A stretch of DNA of 63,299 nt, filler included, from Folioceros fuciformis (lineage: Eukaryota): NCBI GenBank assembly GCA_049999805.1. It is 16 parts of 16 records of this genome, joined end to end, with 100 filler letters (N's around TTAATTAATTAA, not from the genome) between each part and the next. Parts side by side here need not be neighbours in the genome. Positions count along the whole stretch, not along the records: positions 56,061 to 61,700 come from JBNGIO010005519.1; positions 61,801 to 63,299 come from JBNGIO010005522.1; 14 more parts are not named here. One strand, written 5' to 3'. Under the pieces are notes generated by a model that made no database searches, was not told the DNA's origin, and worked only from the letters and a program-made list of their open reading frames with translations. A program made the translations under genes and the position numbers. Positions 60,041 to 63,299 of the stretch are shown here, piece by piece. Every line of letters starts with the position of its first letter. Position 1 is the first letter of the stretch.

Positions 60041-61700
60041 TGGTATCAGAGCGATATGTAAGCCGACCACAAATTTGTAGAATGGCCGCTCAGTCCCAGC
60101 GCTACTGCCAACTCCATGGCTGCTTCACAGACTTGGGCTGGTTATCATCTTGCGCTGGCCACTCCGCTTAATCAGCGCCTTGCAAACTGAAAATGCCTAA
60201 CCGAAGGCATCTTCACGTCAGGGCGCAATCTCGGTCGAGATCCGAAAGACACTATAGCCACAACTCTTGTGGCTGGCACCCTGATCTGATACAAGATCAG
60301 TGCAGGTGGTTAGAATCTCCGTTCACGCGCCCACGCGCAGCTGCCCAGAACATGCACACTTGTTGCTGTCACTCTCATCAACACAAGCTGATCTCTAAAT
60401 TAAGTTACTTAAGTCCTTATCTTAAAAATCATTTGCCAAAACCAGACCTTGCTAAGTTAGAACATCAGGTTTGCAAATTGCACAGATTGGTAGAAAAGCT
60501 ACACTACATCTTCATCAGCGAAGTGCGCGTAGCATCCAGCATCACTGAAGCAAAGAAAATGGTAGATGTGGAGCAGGACCTCCCCTTCTTCTCCTCTTGA
60601 TCCTGGAGGAGTATCCACACCCCAGGAGGCCCAGAGGTCTTGGCACACACCTGCCAAAACCCCCAAAGAAGAAGCGGCCTCAAAAGATGTCCACTGGTGC
60701 TAGCATCACCAGTGGCACTGGTGCTTCACCACCACCTCCCCCTCTAGGAGGAAACGTGACCAACACGGTCACGAACAACATCACCAACGTGAAAGTCGAA
60801 ATAAGAGATCGAGAAAGGTTTGCAGGTGTCGAATTCGACATCTGGGCAATGAGGATGCATGCAATTTTCGAAGAACACAACTTGTGGGCGATTGTCAATG
60901 GAACAGACCCAGAGCCAGCAGCAAACACCCCTGCCCATGTGACCTGGTCTCGACAAGACAAGAGGGCCAGAAGCATTCTGCTTCAAGGACTCGACAGGGT
61001 TATCATGCACCACACGCAAACGGCGCCTACCTCGCATGACATTTGGAGCAGGCTCACCAGCTTCTACCAAGTGGCCGATTCTGCTCACAGGATGGCCGCC
61101 ACACGTCAATTTCATACTTTGGTAATGAGAGAAGGTGAACCGGTGGAGAAGTACGTCTTACAATTCAGGTCTGCGAGAGCACGCCTGGCTTCGTGTGGTA
61201 CCACCCTCACATAGACGGAAGCCGCAGAAGCCCTCTTAGGTTCACTCCCATCCAGCTACGCCAGCTTCGCCACATCACAGTTTGGTATTGTCAACCAAAG
61301 TAAGGCCGCCGTAGCCCTAGGCATGGGCAAAGAAGTGACGCTCACGGACGTCACGGCAAGCCTTCTTGCTGAGGAGGTGCACAGAGAAGCACACAAGAAA
61401 TCACCAACAGGTTCCTACGCTACAGGAGCCAAGGCACTGTTTGCCTCCAAAGGCAAATTCAGGAAAGCGAAGAAATTCTGGCTCTGCCTCCGCAGGTCAG
61501 AACACAAACTCCAATCCCAGGAAGTCCTCCAAAGGATCCTGTAATTGGTGTTGCATACCTGGTCACTGGGGAAAGGACTGCAGGAAGAAACTAGCTAGTG
61601 AGCCTCGCAAATTCCAACAACTGGAAACGCATATGGCATCGACGTCTAAACCTGCTGTCCTCGTGAATATCCTATCTGCTGACTCCACACTGTGTGAGAC
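60041..61700 (+). mobile_element. Different copia element: PBS, leader and decayed gag
   Basis: RFAGVEFDIWAMRM..NLWAIVNG, MREGE, CNWCCIPGHWGKDC; stop at 61212 and a frameshift near 61460. Confidence 0.88.
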
Positions 61701-61800
61701 NNNNNNNNNNNNNNNNNNNNNNNNNNNNNNNNNNNNNNNNNNNNTTAATTAATTAANNNNNNNNNNNNNNNNNNNNNNNNNNNNNNNNNNNNNNNNNNNN

Positions 61801-62470
61801 AGCAGAATTGAAGCCACTCTGCATGTTCGTCAAGCGAAAGCTTTGGCACAATATTCTACATAATTTTGTCAGTTCATTTTCTCCCGCTTCCTCTTGAAGA
61901 ATGGTAACCTGCTGCTTAGCACGCAAAAAGACAACAGCCACTTGCACAAAACTTCAAGACCGGGCCATGCCTGTCCGCTAAACCCTGGCGGGCTGGACCA
62001 ATCAGGGAAAAGGAAGCAATCTGACATTTGTCCGAATTTGTACACGGTTGACTTGTACATGGCGTACACGTCCAGGGAACCCATAGACTTCCACTTCTTG
62101 CCCGAGTTGAAATTGACGCGCTTGACGCGCAGTCTTCCCTGCATATATAGTCTGTGCAGCTCCATCAGCTTCTCCACAGCACAATCAGCTTCTCCCTCCG
62201 CATAGCATTTGCAAGTTTCCTTCCTATAGACAGATGGTGATGTGACACGCAGAGCTTGCAAGCTCGACTGCCAAAATCGATTGGGCAGCGTTTCATCCAT
62301 GCATAGAGATTGTAAACTTCTACTCCATACTAGCTGTAGCAGTGACGATTGTGCAGCAAGATTGCTTGTTCTTGTGATGGATTGGACGTTCTGTTGTTGT
62401 TGTTGTTCTGGACAAGCGGATACCAAGGAGGCTAGGAGGGGGAGCTCAACACTAGAACTTTTGAAGCGTT
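61801..62470 (-). CDS. Uncharacterised ORF, possibly frameshifted
   Basis: 185-aa ORF with a protein-like core (CAVEKLMELHRLYMQGRLRVKRVNF); family not recognised. Confidence 0.35.
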
Positions 62471-63299
62471 GCTACGAGGAACTGACTGAACGCAAGCAGA
62501 GCCAGTCGTTCAGAATGGTGGATTCGACTTTCCTGTGGCTTTGATTTTCCTGAGGCTTTCAGCAGTGGGCTTACAATTTCACAAACCGGCTTGCCGGTTG
62601 TGGGAAAAGTTAGCCCACTCCTGAAGTTTCAGAAGAAGCAAAGTCATTTGTCATGCCTATGCACAGTGAGAAAGACAAGACCAGCGCGCACCCAGCGAAT
62701 TCTTTGAGATTTCGAACGGAGGACCTTAGTGACTGCGATTTTCTCGAGACTTTCAGCAGTGGGCCATGTTCTTCAATTCCAGTCGACGTCCAGCAACGAG
62801 TGGATGTGAAATGTTGCGCACTGCTGCAAGTCTCAAGGAGATCACAGTTACTCGTTTTCAGCACGCAGAAGAGAACAGAGCCTGAAGCAAACCGAAGAAG
62901 AGAGCGCGAAGAAAGATCAACAAAGCCTGAGTTTTGCAGCATTCCCGAATGCATTTGAAATTGAACCAAGCTAACAGGCGACTGATTTGTTTCACGATTG
63001 CGATTTTTTCATGTTCAACTTGGTGATTTTTCCATGGAAGCTGTCAAGTGCACTTCTGGAGCGATCCAACGGCAGACGAAAAATCAAAGAAGCATTCGGA
63101 TTTCCAAGAAATTCGAACTCCCTAGTGGGCGTGTTCCGATTTCAAACTTTCACTGACGGTCTGCTTCACCGAGCTGAAAGGCCAGAGGAATCGTGCTCAA
63201 CACTGAACGTGCCAAGGGAGGCACTGTCTGCTTTCCCCGGTTTCATGTCCGGTCATCCAATATGGTGATAGAGCGGTCTGCTTAGTGGTCATAGAGCCG

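Overview
Plant nuclear DNA, probably non-seed-plant grade; ~100-nt introns and many PLS-PPR remnants would fit a hornwort, but that is inference. The window is NOT one locus: 15 artificial N44-TTAATTAATTAA-N44 linkers join 16 separate contigs, so adjacency across a linker means nothing. About half the sequence is LTR-retrotransposon: a ~1.35-copy Galadriel-type chromovirus, Athila-like gypsy pieces, and several decayed, nested or chimeric copia elements. Host sequence includes a TORNADO1-like (ROCO-type) LRR ORF missed by the ORF track because it runs off the left edge, a second TRN1-like COR-domain remnant, PLS-PPR pseudogenes, five exons of starch branching enzyme 3, an intronless 915-aa UBC23/PHO2-type E2, a WIP zinc-finger gene and a TAD3 pseudogene. 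The most interesting signal is in the chromovirus: gag and pol are in frame, separated by one UGA in a UGA-CGG context followed after 8 nt by a hairpin (a virus-like programmed readthrough architecture), and its LTR appears to have AGTAA...TTACT instead of TG...CA termini. All homology calls are from recalled motifs; no searches were run.
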